Virus record (IMG/VR): IMGVR_UViG_3300045988_070014
Location: 1 to 39,620 of that record
DNA length: 39,620 nt
Reading direction: 5' to 3' (one strand)
Origin: a virus
The translations under genes were made by a program, and so were the position numbers. How positions within the stretch are numbered: position 1 is the first letter of the stretch; each line of letters opens with the position of its first letter. The notes under the pieces are model-generated. The model did no database searches. It saw only the letters and a program-made list of their open reading frames with translations, and had not been told where the DNA came from. Below are positions 23,270 through 31,613 of this stretch, in pieces.

Positions 23270-23529
23270 CTATTAAAAGTACCACAATAGTTATCTTCGT
23301 ACATTCTTAAATCATCTTCAAGTTCTTCAATTCTTTCTATAGCCGAATCTGCCATAATTTCAAATTCATCTCTTTCTGTCATAAGTTGAGTTATAACATA
23401 TAAAGCTTTTTCTTTATCAGCTAAATCTGATATTTTGCAAATGTTTTCTCCTGTAACTTCGTTATAAATAATATCATCTTCTAAAGCAATTCTAATTGAT
23501 TCCATCTTCTTCAATCTCCTCATTCTCAA
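23254..23529 (-). CDS. Hypothetical acidic coiled-coil protein
   Basis: The likely start is 23505 (MESIRIALED). Confidence 0.5.
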   Translation of the reverse strand: MRMRRLKKMESIRIALEDDIIYNEVTGENICKISDLADKEKALYVITQLMTERDEFEIMADSAIERIEELEDDLRMYEDNYCGTFNSWLED

Positions 23530-23662
23530 TTAATACCATTATAGCTTTACTAATTCCTTCACTTATACCAACATTAAAGAAACCTTCGTAAGTATTGCAA
23601 TTGGATTTTTCATTATATTTCTTACTAATTTCTTTTAACTTTTCCAAAGTGCTTCTTTTCAT
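23492..23662 (-). CDS. Small protein (56 aa)
   Basis: RBS ggaggt then ATG. Sequence begins MKRSTLEKLKEISKKYNEKSNCNTYEGFFNVGISEGISKAIMVLIENEE... It is the first gene after the promoter at 23693-23720. Confidence 0.5.
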   Translation of the reverse strand: MKRSTLEKLKEISKKYNEKSNCNTYEGFFNVGISEGISKAIMVLIENEEIEEDGIN

Positions 23663-23692
23663 CTTAATACCTCCTAAACATCTTATGATTTA

Positions 23693-23720
23693 ATTATAAC
23701 ATAGTTAATTATCTTGTCAA
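23693..23720 (-). promoter_or_regulatory. Conserved-family sigma-A promoter
   Basis: Minus strand TTGACAagataattaactatgtTATAAT. Confidence 0.7.
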
Positions 23721-23749
23721 TAGTTTTATATAAAAAAAGAGAGATATCT

Positions 23750-24010
23750 CTATCCCTCCAAAATCTTCTTAATCAATTCTTGATTTTCCCAAGCTTTTCC
23801 TAACTTCTTATAAGCTTTATTTCTATAATTGGTAATACTTTTAATACTACAATCTATTTTTATAGATGCTTTTTCTTGTGTCATACCCCTTATATCAACT
23901 AATTCAATCGCTAAACGTTCTTTATCTTTAAGGTTAACCAATTCTAAGGCTAACATTAGAAGAGGTTTAGAAGGGCAATTAAGCACCTTCTTTATATCTT
24001 CTCTATTCAT
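23750..24010 (-). CDS. Sigma-70 region-4-like transcription regulator
   Basis: 86 aa. LKDKERLAIELVDIRGMTQEKASIKIDCSIKSITNYRNKAYKKL is the region-4 HTH pattern of ECF/phage sigma-like factors. Confidence 0.65.
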   Translation of the reverse strand: MNREDIKKVLNCPSKPLLMLALELVNLKDKERLAIELVDIRGMTQEKASIKIDCSIKSITNYRNKAYKKLGKAWENQELIKKILEG

Positions 24011-24079
24011 AAGATTACCTCTTTTTCTTAAATCTTACTTTTCTTTTTACTGTCTTTTTCTGTTTAACTCCCATTTAAC

Positions 24080-24370
24080 CTACTCCTTTATTTTATCGTT
24101 ATGGATTGAATTATCATTATAAGAATTACCATTTATTATCTGACTTTCACCATCAGAACTCTGTTCATAAGTAGTTTCCTCTACCAATTCAGCTTCATAA
24201 TTAGCAAAGAAATAAATAGTACTACCACACATTATTGTTATACTTAAAACCACTGTAGCTAAACAAGCTAAACAAATCTTTTTATAACCTTCTAACGTTT
24301 GTCTTTGGTGTTTCATTATTTCCATAAAGGTTTCATTTGATAATAATTGAATTTCCTTGTCTTTATCCAT
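24080..24370 (-). CDS. Membrane protein (96 aa)
   Basis: One central TM segment (ICLACLATVVLSITIMCGSTIYFF). Confidence 0.5.
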   Translation of the reverse strand: MDKDKEIQLLSNETFMEIMKHQRQTLEGYKKICLACLATVVLSITIMCGSTIYFFANYEAELVEETTYEQSSDGESQIINGNSYNDNSIHNDKIKE

Positions 24371-24379
24371 AAATACCTC

Positions 24380-24640
24380 CTATTTTTTAAGTGTTACACT
24401 TGCTATAAATGCAATTATAGAACTTATTATACCAGCAACTATTAAATCCCAACGTTTGCTAGGTGTTGATTTCAAATCGATTATATCTCTTTTCATTTCC
24501 GTTAAAGTTTCCATTATAGTTTTATATTGATATTCTTGAACGGAGTGATTCTTTTCCATCTCTGCAATTCTTTTTTCGTGTTCCCTAACTTCTTTTCTTA
24601 ATTGCATAAGTTCACTATATTGGTTATCTTTACATTCCAT
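24380..24640 (-). CDS. XhlA-like lysis-associated membrane protein
   Basis: 86 aa with an N-terminal coiled coil plus a C-terminal TM segment (WDLIVAGIISSIIAFIASV), adjacent to the holin as in PBSX. Confidence 0.65.
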   Translation of the reverse strand: MECKDNQYSELMQLRKEVREHEKRIAEMEKNHSVQEYQYKTIMETLTEMKRDIIDLKSTPSKRWDLIVAGIISSIIAFIASVTLKK

Positions 24641-24868
24641 TTATTTTCCACCTTTCGGCAAGTCGATTCCTCCAGTTTCGGGATTATTCATTAATCCAAG
24701 TAGCACTGCTATGCCGCAAACTAATTTAATCGTTGTATCTGCCCATTCTGCATCTATTATATACCCAAATTGATTTAATAAAAGAACGATTAAACCTACA
24801 AGAGAAATCCAAAGGGCAGGGTTTTTAAACCTAGCCCAATATTCTTTATTTTTTATACCATTAAACAT
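24641..24868 (-). CDS. Holin (phi LC3-like family)
   Basis: 75 aa. RFKNPALWISLVGLIVLLLNQFG...LVCGIAVLLGLMNNPETGGIDLP matches the phiLC3 holin pattern. Confidence 0.8.
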   Translation of the reverse strand: MFNGIKNKEYWARFKNPALWISLVGLIVLLLNQFGYIIDAEWADTTIKLVCGIAVLLGLMNNPETGGIDLPKGGK

Positions 24869-24879
24869 TTAAATCACCT

Positions 24880-25530
24880 CTATATCTTTTCAGTAAAACA
24901 ATAATAACCTAACTCATTGCTTATTCTTTGTTGTGCTTTTTCAGCATCTTCTTTATTTGTGAACCTTTGTACACAAACTCTATAATAGTCTTGTTCTTTT
25001 TCTAGTGATATATTGGGGTCAATAGCATTTGCTATATATCTAGCCAGCTTTTCGTACGGAGTTGGCGACCATACTTCATTTATATCATGAGCGTTATCAC
25101 AAAATAGTGTTTCAAAGATAATGTTAGGTGCGTTAACGTTACGCATTTCATAGAGATTTGCAGTTTTAACACCTCTATTGGTTAACCCTAAACTAGCATA
25201 GTTATTGCATAATCTTTGTGCTATATCTCTTATACTTTTTCTAGCACCTTCTGCAACCAATGCTTCTGTACCATGTGCTTGACCATTAAATGAGTTCATG
25301 TGTAAAGATATAAATATATCTACATTTGCATTATTAGCCTTTCTAGCACCTTCTTGCAACTCTGAATTGGCACTACTAGCGTTTGAATTACAATCTACAA
25401 CAATATGCCCATATTTTTCTAAAATATCTTTAGTAACTTTATATAATTGTTGCATCATATCGTATTCATCTCTTAATCCGACCGCACCACGACAATTAGG
25501 TGAGTGTCCACCTCTTAAACCTATTTTCAT
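24880..25530 (-). CDS. N-acetylmuramoyl-L-alanine amidase endolysin (Amidase_3) with a short SPOR-like C-terminus
   Basis: 216 aa. MKIGLRGGHS..., DIFISLHMNS..GTE. The C-terminus YYRVCVQRFTNKEDAEKAQQRISNELGYY resembles one SPOR half-repeat (CwlC-like). Confidence 0.85.
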   Translation of the reverse strand: MKIGLRGGHSPNCRGAVGLRDEYDMMQQLYKVTKDILEKYGHIVVDCNSNASSANSELQEGARKANNANVDIFISLHMNSFNGQAHGTEALVAEGARKSIRDIAQRLCNNYASLGLTNRGVKTANLYEMRNVNAPNIIFETLFCDNAHDINEVWSPTPYEKLARYIANAIDPNISLEKEQDYYRVCVQRFTNKEDAEKAQQRISNELGYYCFTEKI

Positions 25531-25564
25531 ATTACCACCTTCCTTTTATCTATATTTTACCACT

Positions 25565-27439
25565 TTAGTTACAATTATTGCAACGATATAACTCCCAAAA
25601 TTCATTAATCGGCTTTTTATGGATAATTTCTTTCTCTCTTTTTTGTATCGATGGTGTTTCAGTTTCTTGAGAAGGTTTTTGGACTGTAGCTTTTTGCATA
25701 AAATTATTTTCTTTATTTTCATGCTCAAACCCTTTTCTTTTCCCTTCTAATTTATATTTAAATTTCATTTCTCTATCAGATTCAACTATAAAATAATCTT
25801 TCTCTCTAATTTCAATTTTATAATCTCCCCAACTTAATTTATCTATATAAATGTTATAAGGTAACGTTGTGTTGATACATTCTTGAATTATTTCATCTAT
25901 TTCAATCCTGCAAATATATTTATCTTCAACTAACTCTGTTGTATAAATATTATCTGTGTCTGTTTCAGTTAATAAAGAGTTTATATCCTCATTTGCATAG
26001 AATGGAATATCTCCGAATTTAGTATGTTGAATACAGTTTTTGTTGCCACTTACATTTAAATCACCGTTTATAGTGACATTTCTTTTAAATAAAACCGAAT
26101 TTGCTCCAAAATAAGCATCGTCAGGGTCTATTGTAAACAAAGAACCGCTACCCCCTGAATCCATCAAATAAAAACTTCTAGTGTACCATGCTGACGAACC
26201 TCTTCCTTTCCCATCTTTCCAACCAAAAAAATAACTACCATTACCCGCTTTTTTTCCTAAATACATTGTAGTTCCATTCATATCTTGATTTTCATAATAT
26301 GTTATTGGTATCGGATTAAGAAGTCCAAATTTATCTAAAACCATATAAGAGTTGTAACTTGAAGCGTCTTTGCTATAACTTATAGTTAGATAAGAGTTGT
26401 TTTCATTTACAAAACCAATTACATCATCGCCCGTCGCAGTAGACCTTAACGCGGTGACAGAACCGTTTATTTTGCTTTCGTTTAAAAATGAATATACGTG
26501 CACGCCATTATTATTTAATCTTACAGATAATTTTCCATTATTTAATTGAGAAAATCCGTTTTCATCTAAAATCGTACTCGCAACACTTATAGCTCCACCC
26601 TCTGTAAGACCTTTGTTTACACTATTTATAATTGAATCAGGTGTTAATTGTTGAAAAACTTTCGAATATGAAGCGGTTTTACTTACATAACTAGAAGGTT
26701 GTTTGCCTTTGGTCAACATTATTTCAGTCCAACCACAATAATTTGTAGCTTCATAGTAATAAAATTCTAAAAATGCACTTTTAGCATTAGCGGGCGTAAT
26801 AAATGTAAAATGTTTAGGTATAAATGAATCATTTTCTGAAATCCAATTTCCTAAGTTTATTTCTTCATCAAATTTCCCTTCTTTTTCGAAGTCATTACCT
26901 TCTTTTATAGAGTTAGAGAATTTAACTTTTATTCCTAATCTTGTAGATGTTCCTGTAAAAAATAATCCTGATAAAGTATACTCGGTTGATGGTAAAATAG
27001 AGAATCTATTACTCCAACTAGAATTACCATTAATTGATGTTGGTGTAACATTTATATAATTTATATTTCTTTTACCTAAATAAGTATAATTAGTTGTTAT
27101 TGATATATTTGTCCCTCCGACATTCCACCCAAACGTGTTTTCACTTTCAAAAGCGCCGTTTACTATTGGATTCCCTTCCACTTTTCTTTCCGATTCCAAA
27201 GTTATTTTATCATTTAATATTTCTATTTTTGAAATCGTATTTTCCTCTACATTGTTAACACCTTGCCACAGTTTAGAAACTTCTAAGCCGATTTTGTCGT
27301 TTTGAAGATTGAATTTAGAATTCAATTCTTCATAGACAACCAAATCTTTATTATTAGTTATAACCGCAATCGCGTTTTGTTTTTCTTTTTGTAGCTTGGT
27401 TAGTTTTTGCTTGTAATTATCAAATAAACTTGTCGCCAT
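25565..27439 (-). CDS. Receptor-binding / tail fibre protein with a carbohydrate-binding-like domain
   Basis: 624 aa, following Tal. N-terminal coiled coil, then NPIVNGAFESENTFGWNVGG (CBM-like jelly roll). Confidence 0.65.
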   Translation of the reverse strand: MATSLFDNYKQKLTKLQKEKQNAIAVITNNKDLVVYEELNSKFNLQNDKIGLEVSKLWQGVNNVEENTISKIEILNDKITLESERKVEGNPIVNGAFESENTFGWNVGGTNISITTNYTYLGKRNINYINVTPTSINGNSSWSNRFSILPSTEYTLSGLFFTGTSTRLGIKVKFSNSIKEGNDFEKEGKFDEEINLGNWISENDSFIPKHFTFITPANAKSAFLEFYYYEATNYCGWTEIMLTKGKQPSSYVSKTASYSKVFQQLTPDSIINSVNKGLTEGGAISVASTILDENGFSQLNNGKLSVRLNNNGVHVYSFLNESKINGSVTALRSTATGDDVIGFVNENNSYLTISYSKDASSYNSYMVLDKFGLLNPIPITYYENQDMNGTTMYLGKKAGNGSYFFGWKDGKGRGSSAWYTRSFYLMDSGGSGSLFTIDPDDAYFGANSVLFKRNVTINGDLNVSGNKNCIQHTKFGDIPFYANEDINSLLTETDTDNIYTTELVEDKYICRIEIDEIIQECINTTLPYNIYIDKLSWGDYKIEIREKDYFIVESDREMKFKYKLEGKRKGFEHENKENNFMQKATVQKPSQETETPSIQKREKEIIHKKPINEFWELYRCNNCN

Positions 27440-30262
27440 TTAAATTTCCTCCCCTTCCGGATTTGTACACAATCCATCACTATTGAAATTATATCTTCTA
27501 TTGTTTATTATTAATTTTTCATTTAAAGCGAACTCGCCATTGTATTTAAAATAATACCAATCCCCATTATCTCTTTGATACCACTCGTTTATAAATTTAT
27601 GCGCTATACCACTTGTTGATATATTCCCGTTATTTTTGTCAATTTCAAAACTTATAAAATTTGGATTATCATTAGGTAAATAAACTTTTGAACCAACGAA
27701 CATACAACGCATTGTATTGAGTTTCACTTGATTTCCTGATGGATATCCTATTGTCGCTACCGAGATGTTAGGTCTTAAACGTCCTAACCAAGCTTCTCCA
27801 TTACTCGAAGTGTTCCCGTGATGCCCCATTTTTAAAATATCTATTTTCCCAACATTTTGACCACCGACAAATTCCTCTGAAACATAAGACATATCACCTT
27901 GTATAAAATATCTTATCGCATTATCAGGATTATAATAATATCTAAACATAAAACCAAGCGAGATATTATTATAATTAGTATAATTTGTGTTTCGGCTATT
28001 ATAAACTAAAATATCACTTTTGTTAGTTAATTGAATCTTTCTATCTGAATCTAATTCGATTATTTCTGCCCCTATATCTCTAGCGGTTTGCAACATTAAT
28101 TCGTGCAACTCTTTAGTTTTCCATTGCTTTATTTCTATAGTAGGCATTAAACTCCAATTTGGAGTTTTGCAGTATAATTGTTTACAACCGAATTTCTCAA
28201 TCAAATATGGTATTCCTTCAATGTGGTCACTGTGAGAATGAGTTATAAAAACCTTGTCAATTTTATTTATATTGTTTCTTATTAAATAATCCTCAACAAG
28301 TTTTGCACTCTTTTTTTCGCCTCCATCTATGAGATAAATCTCTCCATTGTGATTTTGTATAAGAGATAAATCCGGATAAGCCGGCGCAACTTTAGGTTGA
28401 AAGTGTGGAAAATGTATTCTTATATTTTTATCTAAAGTTACATCAGGAATCGTTGGTTTTTCTAAAGGTTCTAACCCTATTAATTGCCTTATACTGTTTA
28501 TCAAATCATAAAACGCATTTACATACTCTTTTTTAGCATTGTTTAAATTTACTTTTTCGATAGTATCATTTAAATTTTCAGAATTTAAAATCTTATCTAT
28601 TTCACCTAAAACACTTTCTTTTTCTTTTTCTAAATCTTTTAATTGCTCCTCAAGTATTTTCTTTTCAGTTTCGTCTATAATACCGTCTTTGTAAGCCCCT
28701 TCTAAGTATTCTTTTAATTTGTCTATTTCAGAGGTTAATGAATCGCTTGTTGTTATATCTTTAGAATTAATTTTTAATTCTTTAACATTTAAATAAACAT
28801 CACCGCCACCAGTAACTCGCATTGTAATTTCACCTTTTTCATTTGTTACAGTTAGGTTTTTAGCATCTATATATTGCCCTGCTAATAGTCCTGTTGTTAT
28901 TAATGAAGCGTTTATTTTTCCATCTATAGTAAAACCATATTCATATTTTCCATAATAGCCAGTTGTAGAAAAACCTAAGCCATTTTTATTATAACGGGTA
29001 ACGTTAACCGCTTTATTAATATCTTTATTATCCATTATAAGTAATTCATTAGGCTTTAAAACCACATAAGAATCCTTTAATCCTGCATTAATCATACTAT
29101 TTATATAGTCGCTTAAATTTGCATTAGGCTTAGTTTGTAATTCCTTTTCTAATTCTGCGATTATATCATTAACTGAAATAGGTCTACTTTCTTTTTTAAC
29201 GTTGGATAGTTCTGTACTTAATCTCTTTTTCATAGTTACAGAATAAACTCTTTTAATACATCTAGCTTTTATTTTAGTCCCGTAAGTATCCTCTATAACT
29301 TCTACTGTATCACCTATCTCAACTGTTTCGGTTTGACTATAATCTTTATATTGTTCCGTTTTAGACAATTCTATAAAGTTTATATTATAAGTTGCTTGTA
29401 GTTTGTCTATATTAAATAAAGTAAATTGAGTTCTAGCTCTTTCTTGTAAAGCTTGTTGAGCTTGCGCTAAAGTGTCAAAACCTTCGTCAGGATTATTTTC
29501 ATTTTTAACCTTTATATCTGAAAATTCCATAACTTTGGTGTAAACACTACTATAATTATTAATTAATTCACTTTCTACAATAGGAGCTTCTATGCCATCA
29601 AACCCACGCGGAACTATCCTAGTGCAAAGGTCATCAACATTCGATTTAATTTCAAACCCTGTTAAATTCTTTCTCGATTTGATTTGAACCCCTTTATCTT
29701 GTCCTACTCTAGTATTAATTTTACAGTTATATTGCCTTCTGTAGACTTCTCCGCCCCATCTGACTATAAAAGCATTATCAGCACCAAACAAAGCGTTATA
29801 AAGGCTCATGTTTTGATAATAAGCAGTATTAGTGTTAGATATATCAGAAACTAAGAAAAACTCCTTGTTACGCCCTGTAGCATCATTCAAAAGCTTACTT
29901 AAAGTTGCTTGACCATTCATATTTTCCGGTCTACAATCCTTTAAAAATAATGTTAACTGGTCAGCTATTGTAATCTGTCTTGCGAATATAGTAATGGTTC
30001 TTTTATCTTTCCTTATATTGCTTATTCTAAAGAACTCGTCCCCGTATTCATCTTCTAGTGTAATAATAGCTTCTTCTATTAAGTTGTCATAAATGTATTT
30101 TAAGCTTTCATCTTTTTTAACCGCTAAAACTATTTCAGCATAAAAGTCATCTTCTGTTTGTGTTATAGTCGCATTTATAAGAATTTCATCTAAAAAAGCA
30201 ATTCCGTTAGTAGAAATAACTTCTGACCTTGTTGCAGTTCTTGAATGTAATCTACTTCCCAT
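27440..30262 (-). CDS. Tail-tip protein Tal fused to a ComEC/Pce-like metallo-beta-lactamase domain and a cell-wall-binding repeat
   Basis: 940 aa after Dit, with a phage-minor-structural-protein N-terminus. C-terminal features are YLIDGG, ITHSHSDHIEG (HxHxDH), ILKMGHHGNTSS, then WYQRDNGDWYYFKYNGE..NFNSDG (CW_binding_1-like). Confidence 0.8.
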   Translation of the reverse strand: MGSRLHSRTATRSEVISTNGIAFLDEILINATITQTEDDFYAEIVLAVKKDESLKYIYDNLIEEAIITLEDEYGDEFFRISNIRKDKRTITIFARQITIADQLTLFLKDCRPENMNGQATLSKLLNDATGRNKEFFLVSDISNTNTAYYQNMSLYNALFGADNAFIVRWGGEVYRRQYNCKINTRVGQDKGVQIKSRKNLTGFEIKSNVDDLCTRIVPRGFDGIEAPIVESELINNYSSVYTKVMEFSDIKVKNENNPDEGFDTLAQAQQALQERARTQFTLFNIDKLQATYNINFIELSKTEQYKDYSQTETVEIGDTVEVIEDTYGTKIKARCIKRVYSVTMKKRLSTELSNVKKESRPISVNDIIAELEKELQTKPNANLSDYINSMINAGLKDSYVVLKPNELLIMDNKDINKAVNVTRYNKNGLGFSTTGYYGKYEYGFTIDGKINASLITTGLLAGQYIDAKNLTVTNEKGEITMRVTGGGDVYLNVKELKINSKDITTSDSLTSEIDKLKEYLEGAYKDGIIDETEKKILEEQLKDLEKEKESVLGEIDKILNSENLNDTIEKVNLNNAKKEYVNAFYDLINSIRQLIGLEPLEKPTIPDVTLDKNIRIHFPHFQPKVAPAYPDLSLIQNHNGEIYLIDGGEKKSAKLVEDYLIRNNINKIDKVFITHSHSDHIEGIPYLIEKFGCKQLYCKTPNWSLMPTIEIKQWKTKELHELMLQTARDIGAEIIELDSDRKIQLTNKSDILVYNSRNTNYTNYNNISLGFMFRYYYNPDNAIRYFIQGDMSYVSEEFVGGQNVGKIDILKMGHHGNTSSNGEAWLGRLRPNISVATIGYPSGNQVKLNTMRCMFVGSKVYLPNDNPNFISFEIDKNNGNISTSGIAHKFINEWYQRDNGDWYYFKYNGEFALNEKLIINNRRYNFNSDGLCTNPEGEEI

Positions 30263-30264
30263 AA

Positions 30265-30960
30265 TTACCCCCTATATCTATTTCTAGTATTTATTTTAAG
30301 AGTAGTAAAACCACTGCCACTAAGAGTGTTTTTACCTCTTTTTATAATAGGTAAATCCCCTGTACTCGTTATTACTTGCATATTTTCTTTATTAAAAATA
30401 TTTCTCATACTATCTATAATCACATCTCCAGTATGTGTAAAACTTAAAGTTTCATCATTTATAGTGATTTGTGTTGCACCGCGTGAGTTTAATTCTATAA
30501 TTGGCAAAGTATCAATATCAGAATCACACATTAAAGAAGTGTTAATGTTCCACTCTTGAATTATATCGTTTGTATCAAAATAGAACGGTTCGCATAGAAA
30601 AGTAATTTCAAACTCTATGGCAACATTCCCATTTCTACTATAATTGCCTATGCTTACCTTTTTAACTTTAGAGCAAATATTATCATTATCAGAAAGTATC
30701 AATCTATTATCTTCAATATTAGATAGCCAGTTTTCAATTAATCTTCTTTTAACCTCCCACCCTTCTCTCTTAACTCTAACTGGTATAGTGTGTTTTAAAT
30801 CTCTATAACTTTCAGTTTTAATTATAAGAGTTCCGAACGGATTTCCTTCAACTTCTTGTTCTTCTTCTATTTCTTCAACTCTTCCCATTTCTAAATTATT
30901 CATTGTTAAGAGTTCAAAATCATCATAACTTGCTTTATTATTAAAATAAAATTGTATCAT
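30265..30960 (-). CDS. Distal tail protein (Dit)
   Basis: 231 aa, positioned between the TMP (plus moron) and Tal. Beta-rich. Confidence 0.7.
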   Translation of the reverse strand: MIQFYFNNKASYDDFELLTMNNLEMGRVEEIEEEQEVEGNPFGTLIIKTESYRDLKHTIPVRVKREGWEVKRRLIENWLSNIEDNRLILSDNDNICSKVKKVSIGNYSRNGNVAIEFEITFLCEPFYFDTNDIIQEWNINTSLMCDSDIDTLPIIELNSRGATQITINDETLSFTHTGDVIIDSMRNIFNKENMQVITSTGDLPIIKRGKNTLSGSGFTTLKINTRNRYRG

Positions 30961-30977
30961 TTCATCACCTCTTTTAT

Positions 30978-30986
30978 ATTATAACA
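30978..30986 (-). promoter_or_regulatory. Extended -10 promoter (TGTTATAAT) restarting transcription before Dit
   Basis: The minus strand reads ctaTGTTATAATat, directly after the moron terminator. Confidence 0.4.
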
Positions 30987-30988
30987 TA

Positions 30989-31013
30989 GAAAAAAGCACC
31001 CTTTCGAGTGCTT
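30989..31013 (-). terminator. Rho-independent terminator of the moron
   Basis: Minus strand AGCACUC-GAAA-GGGUGCU followed by UUUUUUC. Confidence 0.8.
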
Positions 31014-31018
31014 AATCT

Positions 31019-31513
31019 TTATTTATACCATTCTTCTTTTATTTCTACAGACGGGTGGATTTTACAAATGTCGCAAACAAATTCATTTTGTTGTCTATGT
31101 TTCAAACCTGTAAATTCATCATCTTTCATATTAGTTAACAAGAAAGGAAAATCATTTTCCATACTATCAAACGCTAAAAAATAAGCATTTTTTAATTCTC
31201 CCTCAAAATAACCTCCAAGAACAGGCGTAAATTTAGGAACTTTATTCCAATCTATTTCTCTTTTTCTTTCCCAAACTAACTCTATACCCATTCCTTTTTC
31301 TAAAATCTTGTATAAACCAAACGCTGGGTTTTCTATTTCAAAAACCTTATTTATTGTAAACTCATCTTCTACTCTACCTACAAATTTTAATTCGCTGGTA
31401 TAATCTCTTAAATCCATCCAACCTTTGTTGTCAATAAGTTTACCATCGCATACTAAATATCTACTTTCTTTAGTTTCAACTATCATTCCATCTTTTAAAT
31501 CTGATTTTCTCAT
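31019..31513 (-). CDS. Moron-encoded hypothetical protein (164 aa)
   Basis: The ORF has its own family promoter and terminator and is inserted between the TMP and Dit genes. Confidence 0.65.
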   Translation of the reverse strand: MRKSDLKDGMIVETKESRYLVCDGKLIDNKGWMDLRDYTSELKFVGRVEDEFTINKVFEIENPAFGLYKILEKGMGIELVWERKREIDWNKVPKFTPVLGGYFEGELKNAYFLAFDSMENDFPFLLTNMKDDEFTGLKHRQQNEFVCDICKIHPSVEIKEEWYK

Positions 31514-31547
31514 AAAATCAACCCCCTAAATATGTTTTACAATTATT

Positions 31548-31575
31548 ATTATACATTATTTAACCATCTTGTCAA
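31548..31575 (-). promoter_or_regulatory. Conserved-family sigma-A promoter (moron)
   Basis: Minus strand TTGACAagatggttaaataatgTATAAT. Confidence 0.65.
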
Positions 31576-31585
31576 TAGCTTTTTA

Positions 31586-31613
31586 TAAAAAAAAGAGAGG
31601 AATTTCCCTCTCT
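31586..31613 (-). terminator. Rho-independent terminator after the tape measure gene
   Basis: Minus strand AGAGAGG-gaaauu-CCUCUCU followed by UUUUUUUUAU. It overlaps the TMP stop. Confidence 0.8.

Noticed and set aside
23738-23752. The palindrome agagatatctct followed by an A-run, considered as a terminator after the sigma-like gene.
   Set aside because: It forms only a 4-5-bp A/U-rich stem with a 4-nt loop. This is much weaker than the other terminators, so it is not annotated.
25546-25728. A 60-aa minus-strand ORF overlapping the 3' end of the receptor-binding protein gene.
   Set aside because: It lies entirely inside or overlapping the 25565-27439 CDS in another frame. Its product is lysine-rich and low-complexity, and it has no RBS.
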